Positions 41,098-50,549 of a DNA stretch of 64,000 nucleotides are shown one piece after another. The position numbers and the translations under genes are program-made. The DNA is from Bdellovibrionales bacterium (lineage in GTDB: Bacteria > Bdellovibrionota > Bdellovibrionia > Bdellovibrionales > UBA1609). The stretch lies in NCBI GenBank assembly GCA_027317865.1, contig DAHVQG010000003.1, forward strand, positions 32,001-96,000, given 5' to 3'. The notes below the pieces were generated by a model. That model saw nothing but the letters and a program-made list of their open reading frames with translations. It was not told the origin of the DNA and did not search any database. Within the stretch, counting starts at the first letter, position 1; every line of letters begins with the position of its first letter.

Positions 41098-42131
41098 TTT
41101 TTCCGCTTTTAGCCGGATTTCAGTCAATTTTTCGCGCCCCGGTCACTTGGGCGCTGTTCTTTTTGAATTTGGCCGTTTTGGTTTACACCTATGTGCCCGC
41201 GCAAAAATCGCAAATTGTTTTAGAAAATGAGTTACGCCAACCGGCTTTCAGTCAAATGCAGGGTCTCGTCTTTGCCCATTACATTAAGTCGAATCCGACG
41301 CGATATTTGGCCAGTGTGGTGAATCTTGCGAATCGAGCAGTGGAGCCTGGCGGCCGAGATGGTCGTGAAATTTTGGGTGGCATTGCCGTTCGCGATAACG
41401 GATTTATCAACCGCTCCACGCGCCTCACGGATAATATCGGCGATCCTATTGCGTTCAACTGGTGGAAGAAGAAGGTTGCTGAATTTAAAAGCGTGCGTGA
41501 TGCCGACCCGAGCTATCAACTTGGAGTGACCGCCGCACATAATGATCTCAAACATTGGATCACCTACCAGTTTGTCCACAGCGGGGTCGCACACTTCTCT
41601 GGCAATATGCTTTTCTTTCTTATTTTCGGTTGTAGCCTTGAAATGATTTTTGGCGGTTTGGCCGTGCTTGTTATTTATTTGATGTCAGGCATAGCGGGAG
41701 CCATGATGTTCATGACGGTAAACCACGGATCGGCCATTCCACTTATTGGCGCAAGCGCTGCAATTAGCGGTATTGCCGCATTCTTTTGCGTTATGCTTTG
41801 GACTCGTCCCGTTCGTTATATCTATTTTTTATTTATACCAAAACGCGATTATGTGGGTTTTGCGTATTTGCCCGCGTGGATCACTTTGGTGCTTTGGATG
41901 CTTTCAGATATCGCAGGGCAGTGGGCTACGCCTCCCGGGTTGGGTGGTATCGCTTATGCGGCGCACTTCGGTGGCGAATTATGCGGTATCGCGGCCGCGC
42001 TTATTTTGTTGAGTATGCGTAAAATTCGAGGTCAACCATTGCTACCAGAGCTCAATAATTGCCCATCATTTTGGAGCAAACCCTCGGCGAATGGTGTTCT
42101 CGGTAACAACTCGCGGGTCCATGTATTGTAA
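41094..42131 (+). CDS. Rhomboid-family intramembrane serine protease
   Basis: FVHSGVAHFSGNM, GASAAISG and AYAAHFGG motifs. Confidence 0.93.
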   Translation: MIFPLLAGFQSIFRAPVTWALFFLNLAVLVYTYVPAQKSQIVLENELRQPAFSQMQGLVFAHYIKSNPTRYLASVVNLANRAVEPGGRDGREILGGIAVRDNGFINRSTRLTDNIGDPIAFNWWKKKVAEFKSVRDADPSYQLGVTAAHNDLKHWITYQFVHSGVAHFSGNMLFFLIFGCSLEMIFGGLAVLVIYLMSGIAGAMMFMTVNHGSAIPLIGASAAISGIAAFFCVMLWTRPVRYIYFLFIPKRDYVGFAYLPAWITLVLWMLSDIAGQWATPPGLGGIAYAAHFGGELCGIAAALILLSMRKIRGQPLLPELNNCPSFWSKPSANGVLGNNSRVHVL

Positions 42132-45077
42132 AAGGTATTCTGGGCCGCCGGTTTTACTTCCAAGCCCTGACATTTTAAAGCCACCGAACGGATGGCGCCC
42201 GACCATCGCCCCCGTGATTCCGCGATTCACGTAAAGGTTGCCGCACAAAAATTGATCACGCACTTTTGCGATATTGGCAGGGGAGCGCGAATAAAGTCCG
42301 CCGGTTAAACCGTATTTTGTGGCATTTGCGATCTCTATTGCTTCGTCGAGATTATTCGCTTTTATCACAGCTAGGACTGGACCAAATATTTCTTCTTGCG
42401 CCAACTCGGAATTCGGGTCGACATCCGCGAAAATATGCGGGCCAATGTAATACCCTCCGCTTGGGGCTTCGCCACGGTAAACCAGACGCGATTGCGTCCC
42501 AGCACCCTCGCTTTGCTCGGAAAATTTTTGAATCGTGCGTGTGATACGATCAAATGCTTCGTGATCGACAATTGGGCCCATGTAAGCATGCGGGTCGGCG
42601 GCATCGCGCACATAAATGCTGCGAGCCGCTTCGACAAGACGATTGAGAAAGCGTTCGTAATTTTCTTCAAGTACAATCACTCGGCTGCATGCCGAACATT
42701 TTTGCCCTTGATATCCAAAAGACGAATACAAAACTCCAGTAACGGCCTCGTCAAGATCTGCGTCCGAGTCGATAATTATTGCGTTTTTGCCGCCCATTTC
42801 AATAATCGCACGTTTCACGAAATTTTGGCCGGGTTGAACATTTGCGGTTTGTTTTACAATTTCAAGACCCACGGCTCGTGAGCCAGTGAAACTAATGGTT
42901 CGAATGGCGGGATGCGCGACGAGATAGGCACCGACGTCTTCGCCCAATGCTGGAACAAACGAAACCACTCCCTTGGGGCAACCGGCTTCAAGCAAATGGC
43001 GCATAAGTCGTGCGCCTATGAGTGAGCTTTGCTCCGCCGGTTTCATGATGCACGTATTGCCACTAACAATTGTGGCGGCCACTTGGCCGCACAATATCGC
43101 AAGCGGAAAGTTCCACGGAGAAATAACAAGTGTCGGACCGCGAGGGATATGTTCGAGCCGACTGTCTTCACCGAGTACAAAACTAACTCTTAAACCCGCT
43201 CCAAGCCGCTCGGCTTCGCTCGCGTAGTATTCACAGAAATCAACGGCCTCGGCAATATCGCCATCGGCTTCCGTCCAAGTTTTGCCGACTTCTAGAACTT
43301 CAAGTGCCATGAGTGAAAAACGCTCTCGTCGAAATATAGTCGCGAGGTTGCGCAAAACTTTCGCGCGTTCACGGGCTGGAGTCGCCCGCCAATTCGTAAA
43401 AGATTTCACGGCCGTTGCAACGGCCAAATCCGCTTCGGCTCGGGTCGCCAGTTCTATTGTTCCTACAGTTTCGGTTGTACAGGAGGGATTTTCACGCGCG
43501 ATCGTCGGTGCTTGCTGCGGCCGAATTTCGCGTCCGTCGATAATTGGCCGAACCACTCGTTTCGAGGATTGCGCACGTACCGTGCGTAAAGCTTCATCCA
43601 TTTTCTCGCGGTTCTTATCAATTCGCCAATCTAAAAGCGGTTCGTTATAAAACCGCCCCGGTTCACGGTCGGGCACTGGCTTTGATTCGGTCATGATCGC
43701 CGCTGGATTCTGCAACAATTTTTTCGTTGAAACGTTCTCCGCAAACTTCGACCGCAAAAATGATTCATTCGACGTGTTTTCGAGTAAGCGGCGCACCAAA
43801 TAAGCCATGCCGGGTATTAATTCGCCAATCGTTGCATATTCTCGAACGCGATAGCCTTGTTTGACGAGCGCCTTTTTTATCGGGTCGGCCATACCGTAAA
43901 GCATTTGAATTTCAAATGCGCGCGAATCAACGCCGAGCTTCTTTGCCGCGACTATAGTTGATGCCATCGACCGAACGTTGTGAGTGCCAGCGGCAAGGCG
44001 CACCCATTGATGATTTGAAAGCATCGCATATGCGCACTTTTCGTAATTATAATCGCTTTCATATTTATTGGTGAAAACCGGAATCGGCCAACCCGCCTGA
44101 TCACTCCACAAGACCTCTTGATCCCAATAGGCGCCTTTTACAAGACGCACGGTAATAGGTGTGCCACGCTTTTGTGCAAATGAAATCAATTTATTTGTGT
44201 CGGCGAGGGATTCACGCAAATACGCTTGTACGACAATGCCGAAATGCGGGTACGAGCGGAATTCATCTTCGAGAAGAAGTTCTTGAAATACCTGTAGCGT
44301 CATGTCTTTGAAACGGTATTGTTCCATGTCGACGTTGACGAAAACACCGCGTTCACGCGCCAGCGAAAAAATGGGGCGCAAACGATCTTTCAATGTGCGA
44401 ACCGAATCGCTCCACGCCTTTTCTGAAACTTGCGAATAAAGAGCCGTCAACTTAACTGAAACGTTCACTTTGGGGATTGGTCCACGATCGTCGCTGTCGA
44501 TTTGCGGATTATTTGGCCACGTTTCGGCATCCTGGCAAAGCCGGCGGATAAGATCGAAATAGCGCGATTGGTATTCAAGCGCTTCCTTTTCAGACAGAGT
44601 TGCTTCTCCCAAAAGATCAGCTGTGAACGCGAGAGAATTTTCACGCGCTTTACGCAAAACTTTCAGCGCCGCTTCCGGATTTTCGCCGGTAATAAACATT
44701 TTGGCCATTTGCGTGACATTTTTTCGGATCGCGCCGGCCATCAGCGCTGGTGCCAGAGAACCGACTCCGAGTCCGAAACTTAAAATACCCGAAGCATCTT
44801 CTGGTAGATCCGCAAAATATTCTTTCAGGTGGCGCGCGACCTCCGAGCTGGAGTTCAAATACGGCAAGACATCGACGAAGCGAAACATCCGCGTCTTGAA
44901 CTGTTCATTTTTCATGCTCCAGTCCATAATGCGGCCGTACCACCAATCTTTGTTGAAAATGGACGACGAATCGTTGGCGATCATTTGAAAAATCTGTTCG
45001 CCCGTTTGTTCCACCTCGGCTTCAAAATCGACCGCCTGAGTTGTGGATTGCGAACGTTCAAAATCTTGAGTGTTCAT
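42066..45077 (-). CDS. putA: Bifunctional proline dehydrogenase / P5C dehydrogenase
   Basis: RLVKGAYWD, YLVRRLLEN, EMGGKN, GQKCSAC and EEIFGP motifs. Confidence 0.97.
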   Translation of the reverse strand: MNTQDFERSQSTTQAVDFEAEVEQTGEQIFQMIANDSSSIFNKDWWYGRIMDWSMKNEQFKTRMFRFVDVLPYLNSSSEVARHLKEYFADLPEDASGILSFGLGVGSLAPALMAGAIRKNVTQMAKMFITGENPEAALKVLRKARENSLAFTADLLGEATLSEKEALEYQSRYFDLIRRLCQDAETWPNNPQIDSDDRGPIPKVNVSVKLTALYSQVSEKAWSDSVRTLKDRLRPIFSLARERGVFVNVDMEQYRFKDMTLQVFQELLLEDEFRSYPHFGIVVQAYLRESLADTNKLISFAQKRGTPITVRLVKGAYWDQEVLWSDQAGWPIPVFTNKYESDYNYEKCAYAMLSNHQWVRLAAGTHNVRSMASTIVAAKKLGVDSRAFEIQMLYGMADPIKKALVKQGYRVREYATIGELIPGMAYLVRRLLENTSNESFLRSKFAENVSTKKLLQNPAAIMTESKPVPDREPGRFYNEPLLDWRIDKNREKMDEALRTVRAQSSKRVVRPIIDGREIRPQQAPTIARENPSCTTETVGTIELATRAEADLAVATAVKSFTNWRATPARERAKVLRNLATIFRRERFSLMALEVLEVGKTWTEADGDIAEAVDFCEYYASEAERLGAGLRVSFVLGEDSRLEHIPRGPTLVISPWNFPLAILCGQVAATIVSGNTCIMKPAEQSSLIGARLMRHLLEAGCPKGVVSFVPALGEDVGAYLVAHPAIRTISFTGSRAVGLEIVKQTANVQPGQNFVKRAIIEMGGKNAIIIDSDADLDEAVTGVLYSSFGYQGQKCSACSRVIVLEENYERFLNRLVEAARSIYVRDAADPHAYMGPIVDHEAFDRITRTIQKFSEQSEGAGTQSRLVYRGEAPSGGYYIGPHIFADVDPNSELAQEEIFGPVLAVIKANNLDEAIEIANATKYGLTGGLYSRSPANIAKVRDQFLCGNLYVNRGITGAMVGRHPFGGFKMSGLGSKTGGPEYLLQYMDPRVVTENTIRRGFAPK

Positions 45078-46063
45078 AATTTTGGTCTTTGTTTATAGCC
45101 TTGTTTTTCTAGGAGGCGCACCATACCGTCAATATGATTTTTTGGTACAATGGCGAGCATCTTAGCCGCGCCCTGGCGTCCCCGCAATACACGAATAATA
45201 TTTTTGACCATCGTTACACTTCTACCGTTCATAATGCTTATGCCCATAGGGAAGTAACGCTGGTACCAGGCTCGCAATTTGAATTGCGGAGAGGTGATTA
45301 TGAAATGATTGGCATAGCGGTAAAAGTTGGCACCGGTAAAGGCCAAATCAGTGAACCATTGGGCCCAATTCGGTATGTGGCCGGCCGCGAAGTAGAACCC
45401 CGTAAAAAGCGCCGCTGAAATATACGAGCTAATGGACTCGAAGTTTTCTCCCAAAGTGGGGGAATGGTTTTTTTCAAGATCAATAATTTGGAGCTGCGGT
45501 GAGAATAGCGATCGACCCAGAGAAGCATTTTCGATGTCGACAACGGTGACGGCATCGGGTTGACCGTACTGGCCGTATATTCGGCCCAAAATTCGAATAA
45601 TGCCAAGTCGTTTTGTCACGTCCGCCAAACTGAAACTAAAATGTTGTCCGGCTAAATGAAACAACCGGGCATTGATTTGACCACCCCAAGTACTGTGAAC
45701 GCCGTTACCGGTGACACCGATATGGTCAAAATGGCTCATGAGGGGACGCGCGCTGGTTAAATTGACATTGGTTTTAGGAGCAATCAGTACAACTGTTTTC
45801 AATTGACCGTTGATCGGCTTATGTAAGACCCGAATATCAAAATCGGCTCGTGCTTCTTGGATCGCAGACTCGAATGTTCTAAAGGGTAACGGCGGTGCCG
45901 GCGGACTTTTTAGAATTTGATAACAAGAACCGGCAATTTCTCCTGATGAAAGTGCTGTTGTTGGATCGGCAACGGCCTGATGGCCACGTCCAATTAAGCC
46001 CAAAATGAAAACGGCGACGATCAAACTTTTAAAATTTGAAACTAATGTATGTCGGGGTTTCAT
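45074..46063 (-). CDS. Hypothetical membrane or secreted protein with weak TraB/GumN-like C-terminus
   Basis: R..TMVKNI..LAIVPKNHIDGM. Confidence 0.55.
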   Translation of the reverse strand: MKPRHTLVSNFKSLIVAVFILGLIGRGHQAVADPTTALSSGEIAGSCYQILKSPPAPPLPFRTFESAIQEARADFDIRVLHKPINGQLKTVVLIAPKTNVNLTSARPLMSHFDHIGVTGNGVHSTWGGQINARLFHLAGQHFSFSLADVTKRLGIIRILGRIYGQYGQPDAVTVVDIENASLGRSLFSPQLQIIDLEKNHSPTLGENFESISSYISAALFTGFYFAAGHIPNWAQWFTDLAFTGANFYRYANHFIITSPQFKLRAWYQRYFPMGISIMNGRSVTMVKNIIRVLRGRQGAAKMLAIVPKNHIDGMVRLLEKQGYKQRPKL

Positions 46064-46166
46064 TACGTGCGTTAATATACCAAACGGCAGCACGCGCCGC
46101 CATAACGCCCTTACATTAAGCGTGGTAATAATTTTCAAATTATGGAGCAAAAAGTGGCAGTTCGGG

Positions 46167-46802
46167 CTATTTACCTGATTTTAATTTCGCCACCCATTCC
46201 TCAGATTGTTTAACAACGCGCTGGTACGCCGGTCGATCCGTGCAACGTGCGACGTATTTTTGAAACGCGGGACGTTGCTCCAATATTTTGGTCATAAAGC
46301 CAAAGCCAATGTTTGACGACAAATAGAGGTCCGCCGCCGTGAAATGATCGCCTAAAAGGAATGGCTTGTCGCTCACGGCTTTTTCAAGTGTGTTAACGGC
46401 GTCTTCAAAGGTCCCGTAACTCAGTGCCCCAGTGCGCTCAACTGGCGGTCGCCCGAGCATTTTGTCAACAATGGCCGGCTCAGCGCAAAGGCCGCCGAAA
46501 AACATCCAACGGTAATAAGTGCCGCGTTCAGGCGAGTCTGTTTCTGGCGCGAGTTTCGCTTTTGAAAACGCATCGGCTAAATAAGTGATAATCGCCGGTG
46601 TCTCGGTGATAACGACTCCACGGTGAACAATCGCCGGTACCTTACCCATGGGGTTGATCGCAAGATATTTTGGCTCTTTATGTTCGCGCTTATCAAAACT
46701 CAAAAGTTTAGCTTCATACGGCGCGCCGGTTTCTTCGAGCATCCAATGTACGGTGCGTCCGCGTGACATCGGGTTTGTGTAAAACGTAACTTTGTTATCC
46801 AT
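46167..46802 (-). CDS. Glutathione S-transferase
   Basis: PMSRG..WMLEE, INPMGKVP and FTAADLY motifs. Confidence 0.95.
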   Translation of the reverse strand: MDNKVTFYTNPMSRGRTVHWMLEETGAPYEAKLLSFDKREHKEPKYLAINPMGKVPAIVHRGVVITETPAIITYLADAFSKAKLAPETDSPERGTYYRWMFFGGLCAEPAIVDKMLGRPPVERTGALSYGTFEDAVNTLEKAVSDKPFLLGDHFTAADLYLSSNIGFGFMTKILEQRPAFQKYVARCTDRPAYQRVVKQSEEWVAKLKSGK

Positions 46803-46838
46803 GCTGCCCCCCTTGAATTGTTAAAGCATACACCCAAC

Positions 46839-46872
46839 AAAAACAGGCGGGGAGGTTTTATCCTCCCCATGC
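46839..46872 (-). terminator. Terminator of the candidate sRNA
   Basis: GGGGAGG-ATAAAA-CCTCCCC then GCCTGTTTTT. Confidence 0.65.
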
Positions 46873-46949
46873 GGTGGGCTAATTGGCGGGCTGATTTGCT
46901 CCCCTTTATGGTCCTCCAGATCAGGAGAAGGAGCGGGTGGGCCGTTGTT
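46839..46949 (-). ncRNA. Candidate sigma54-dependent small RNA (~110 nt)
   Basis: Lies between a -24/-12 promoter and a GC hairpin with U-run; internal hairpin; three GCCCRCC motifs. Confidence 0.6.
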
Positions 46950-46959
46950 TAGTGAGTAC

Positions 46960-46976
46960 TGCATACTTGAGACCAA
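46960..46976 (-). promoter_or_regulatory. sigma54 (-24/-12) promoter
   Basis: TTGGTCTCAAGTATGCA = GG-N10-GC. Confidence 0.6.
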
Positions 46977-47293
46977 CTTTGGTGGAGTCAAAATGGAACA
47001 AAAATGCTGTATAAGCCCAACAGTTCGTTTTTCGCACGAGCCAAAAGTTTTACTTATGTGTCACTTTCAGCGCACTTGGTAGCGAAACGGGACCGTAGCA
47101 CAAATGTGGAACAAAAATTGTCATTTGCCCGTAGTCGAATTGTCTACATTTTAGGCGATTCATTTCAGCTACTGATTTCAATCAGTTCGGCGTAATTCGG
47201 CGGTTTATGGTTGTAGTGTATTCGTCGTTGCCAACAATTGGTAGCCAGGGGTCAGTTTCTTTGTCATCTGGCAAATTTTGAAATCATAAACGA

Positions 47294-47335
47294 AATCAAA
47301 CTGTTGCGAAATGGCCCGCGGGCATTCGATTTGCC
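47294..47335 (+). promoter_or_regulatory. IHF site plus sigma54 promoter of the matrixin gene
   Basis: AATCAAACTGTTG matches WATCAANNNNTTR exactly; GGGCATTCGATTTGC = GG-N10-GC. Confidence 0.65.
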
Positions 47336-47348
47336 ATAACGGTAAAGT

Positions 47349-48032
47349 ATGAACTACGAACAATTGCCCCCCAAAAAAACACGATTTTCTCAGATGAAAA
47401 TTATGGCAATACTCGGAATTTTAACGGGATTGTTCTTGGTTGAAGCTTGCGGGCGTAAAATTAATCCTCAATCGGCCGACGGTTTCGTTGAAAACCAAAA
47501 CTTGCAACGAGTTTCATGGAGTCCAAACGACTTGCCGGTAAATCTATATTTAGACGCGTCGGTTCCGCAACAATATGTTCCTACGATTGAAAAGGCCATC
47601 GCCATTTGGAATCACGTTGGGCAAACAATCGCCCACGAAGACTTTTTTGTTTTGCGTACAGGCGACCCCGGCAGCCCGACGCCGGCGCAGGACGGTTATA
47701 ACAAGATCTATTTTGTACACAACTGGAACACCACTACTGATAACGAACAAGGGTTGACTACAGTCTATTGGGCGGGGACGCGGATTTATGAAGCCGATGT
47801 CCGGATTAATGCGACGGGAACATTTCAATATTTTACTGAAAGTACAAACCCAAACCGTTACTCGGAGGTCGATTTTGAATCCTTGATTATTCATGAGTTG
47901 GGCCATGTGCTGGGCCTTGCCCACGTAACTGCGAGCGATAGTGTGATGCAACCGAGTCTAGCTGATGGCCAAGTTCGAAATACACCTGGACCGACGGACT
48001 ATAAAGATTTGGCTTCTCAGTACGGGACATGA
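47349..48032 (+). CDS. Matrixin-family (M10) metalloprotease lipoprotein
   Basis: HELGHVLGLAH, SVM Met-turn, lipobox VEAC; start may be 47394. Confidence 0.92.
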   Translation: MNYEQLPPKKTRFSQMKIMAILGILTGLFLVEACGRKINPQSADGFVENQNLQRVSWSPNDLPVNLYLDASVPQQYVPTIEKAIAIWNHVGQTIAHEDFFVLRTGDPGSPTPAQDGYNKIYFVHNWNTTTDNEQGLTTVYWAGTRIYEADVRINATGTFQYFTESTNPNRYSEVDFESLIIHELGHVLGLAHVTASDSVMQPSLADGQVRNTPGPTDYKDLASQYGT

Positions 48033-48160
48033 GTAAAAAGTTCCAAATTGGAACTAGACACTGGAGAATTTTACGAATTTAAGATGATTTAAGTTTTGCG
48101 AATTGAAGACAGGATCTAGCATTAAGTAGTGCTATTGAATAAGACGAAAGAAGAGGTCAC

Positions 48161-48406
48161 ATGAAGGCCAATCAAGCGATCGACGAAGCCGCGACAAGTG
48201 AAAACACGGCGAGACAAGTAAAACAATTCAACCGCGTGACGGATGAATCAATCGGTTGGACCGCAGGTGAGAATTTTTCTCGCGAAGCTTTTGAAAACGA
48301 AGACGGTTTATTGTCGCAATTTCGAGCCCATCTAGACCAGATCGAAGAACTTAATGCACGTTTACATTTTGTATTGGGCGAAATTCGCCCGCTGATTCGC
48401 CGCTAA
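48161..48406 (+). CDS. Small hypothetical protein
   Basis: GAGG RBS; C-terminal amphipathic helix. Confidence 0.65.
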   Translation: MKANQAIDEAATSENTARQVKQFNRVTDESIGWTAGENFSREAFENEDGLLSQFRAHLDQIEELNARLHFVLGEIRPLIRR

Positions 48407-48411
48407 TTTAT

Positions 48412-49629
48412 TTAACTTTCTATCGGTAATTTTGGAATTCGAACGACGAGATAACCGTTCTCGTAAGTTTTCTCGACATCTTTAGGAATGGTCGGATGTT
48501 CTAGCGGAATTGTTTCGTGAAATGACTCTGCGGAATTGGACGAAAAGGTTTTGCCCGCCAACTTCGTCTGATCGTTAAATTCACGCTCGCAGCTGATTAC
48601 GGCTTTATTTGATTCGACATATACATTCACATCGTCTTTTTCAAATTCCGGTACTTTCGTTTTCAAAATATAAAAGTTGGGCGTTTCTTCTAGCGTCGTT
48701 TCAAATGCGTGCATTCGGTAAAATGGATCTTCTGAAGCCTTTTCGTAAACGCCAAACTCTTGAAATAGGCGTTTCTTTTGGTTCATCAATGCATTTATAA
48801 ATTGATTATGTTGATTTTCGAGTTGCCCTTCATCGACCCCTTGGTTTGCATTATATATTCTATGAAAATCTTGCGCTTGTTCGCGCAGCGCCTTTGATTC
48901 GATTTTACGTTGTTCCGCCAATTGCTGTTGTTCCAACTGCGTTTCGTGTTTTTCATCACTCTGTTGGGTCATTCGTCTTTTTTGCATCTCTGCCTTATAG
49001 CCGAGATCTTGCTGGGCGAGTTGTTTTTTGTATAATTTTTTTTGTGTCTCTAGGGCCTGTTGTCCGTGTTCACGAATGGCTTTGAGTTTACTGCTGTAGC
49101 GTTGATTGGCGAGTTTGAGTTGCTCCGTACCGCGATCCGTTTCATTACTGAGATTTTCTTCGTCTGTTTTTTGTTGGGCGGCAAGACGCTCCTCGCCCAT
49201 AGTTTTTTCTTGAGCGTATTTGGTTTGTAGGTCTCTTTGCAGCCGGTCGAGTTTTTGGCTGTCTAATTTTTGTTGATTGCTATATAGGTATTGCGATTTT
49301 TCACGTTGATCCTGCAACGTTTCGTCTGAAGCCGTTTGTTGTTTTTTGAGCTGGTCGCGTGTTTCTTGCCGAATGTGATTAATGGCGGCTTCGGTTTGCG
49401 CTTGGTCCTCATTGACCTCTCGATTGGAACTTTTTCGTTGCTGTTGCAACTGTTCATGCGTCTCGTTTTGAATGTTATTGAGCGCAGATTTATTTTGCGC
49501 CTGTTCTTCGGCTATTTCTCTTCGGTAACGTCGGCGGATATCCTGAAGCTCTCGCTCGTTTTTCTGAATAACTTCCGCTCGGCGTTGTCGATACCTATTG
49601 TTGAGGTCTGCAATGGAATCGGCCATCAA
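48412..49629 (-). CDS. Long coiled-coil protein with C-terminal Hsp20/alpha-crystallin domain
   Basis: Q/E/K/R heptads; ..VPEFEKDDV..YENGYLVVRIPK. Confidence 0.85.
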   Translation of the reverse strand: MMADSIADLNNRYRQRRAEVIQKNERELQDIRRRYRREIAEEQAQNKSALNNIQNETHEQLQQQRKSSNREVNEDQAQTEAAINHIRQETRDQLKKQQTASDETLQDQREKSQYLYSNQQKLDSQKLDRLQRDLQTKYAQEKTMGEERLAAQQKTDEENLSNETDRGTEQLKLANQRYSSKLKAIREHGQQALETQKKLYKKQLAQQDLGYKAEMQKRRMTQQSDEKHETQLEQQQLAEQRKIESKALREQAQDFHRIYNANQGVDEGQLENQHNQFINALMNQKKRLFQEFGVYEKASEDPFYRMHAFETTLEETPNFYILKTKVPEFEKDDVNVYVESNKAVISCEREFNDQTKLAGKTFSSNSAESFHETIPLEHPTIPKDVEKTYENGYLVVRIPKLPIES

Positions 49630-49665
49630 TTCAATGCTAACACGAATTGGTATTGAAAATAAAAA

Positions 49666-49971
49666 CTAGAGAGGATTTCCCGTCTTCTGGAGGGGCGCAA
49701 TCGAGGCGCCAGCGGGTTTCGAGCAAATCGGGTGAAAGTGGCTCATGTTGCCGTGGCACATCCATGAATCCACAGGTTGAATCGTTTCGGAGGCTTGCAG
49801 GGGATGGTAAGTTGGGTATTGCCGGCTGTCGAGAATCGAAACAACCGTGCGCGACTCGCCTGAAGTCGAGTTCGTGATTTTAAGTTTATAAGCGCGGTAC
49901 CCGCCTAGCACAAGGTCCGGAAAAACAAAAACAGCAATTGTGAGAACGATAACAAGCATACCGATTCGCAT
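49666..49971 (-). CDS. Small secreted hypothetical protein
   Basis: Signal peptide; WMCHGN..PIC. Confidence 0.7.
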   Translation of the reverse strand: MRIGMLVIVLTIAVFVFPDLVLGGYRAYKLKITNSTSGESRTVVSILDSRQYPTYHPLQASETIQPVDSWMCHGNMSHFHPICSKPAGASIAPLQKTGNPL

Positions 49972-49978
49972 GATGCCC

Positions 49979-50005
49979 GTATCGGAAAAAAAAGGTCGCG
50001 CTTTA
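49979..50005 (-). promoter_or_regulatory. sigma28/FliA-type promoter, predicted leaderless start
   Basis: TAAAG..(N15)-TCCGATAC-N7-ATG. Confidence 0.7.
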
Positions 50006-50326
50006 GTGTCGCGTCGGTTTGTGAGTCAGTAAAGTCGACTCGACAATGTGAAAATATGTGCGTAATAGAATTTCATATTGTGCGGGGTCGAGCCGTTCAA
50101 TAAAAGCTCGTTTTTCTTCAATCGACGTTTTCTGAATGAGCTGATCAAAAAGGCGCTGAATAACATTCATGTTTTCGGCAGTAAAAAAATCCAGTTCTTC
50201 GGTTGGTTTTTTTAATACATGCGCGATTTGGTTATTATCAAAAAGATGATGAATGCCCATCATCGACTGATTTAATAACTTTTCTAGTGCGGCTATATTA
50301 ACGTCTTCGATCTTTGCATCTTCCAT
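50003..50326 (-). CDS. Hypothetical protein
   Basis: GGAGG upstream of the ATG at 50326; 107 aa. Confidence 0.75.
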   Translation of the reverse strand: MEDAKIEDVNIAALEKLLNQSMMGIHHLFDNNQIAHVLKKPTEELDFFTAENMNVIQRLFDQLIQKTSIEEKRAFIERLDPAQYEILLRTYFHIVESTLLTHKPTRH

Positions 50327-50357
50327 CGTCGCGCGAACCTCCGTTTTGTTGCCTGGT

Positions 50358-50510
50358 TGTCTCATCTTGAGACACGCGATGTTCCTAAATTGATTAGAAA
50401 AACAATTATCCTCGAGGGCAAGCGAAAAGGCGGCGGATTTGACATGATCGGCCGCAATCCCTATCATTAATATAGAGGTGATGTACCTCGCTTTGTCTCA
50501 AGACGAGACG
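50358..50510. promoter_or_regulatory. Two TGTCTCA-N3-YGAGAC palindromic sites in a divergent promoter region
   Basis: TGTCTCATCTTGAGACA (50358-50374) and TGTCTCAAGACGAGACG (50494-50510). Confidence 0.7.
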
Positions 50511-50549
50511 GGGTGCAAATGAAACTGGACTTTCAACGGGATAATAAAA

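Noticed and set aside
46930-46939. CACCCGCTCC match to the tRNA-Gly 3' end as the second att site
   Set aside because: Only 10 bp, in inverted orientation, and embedded in core genes
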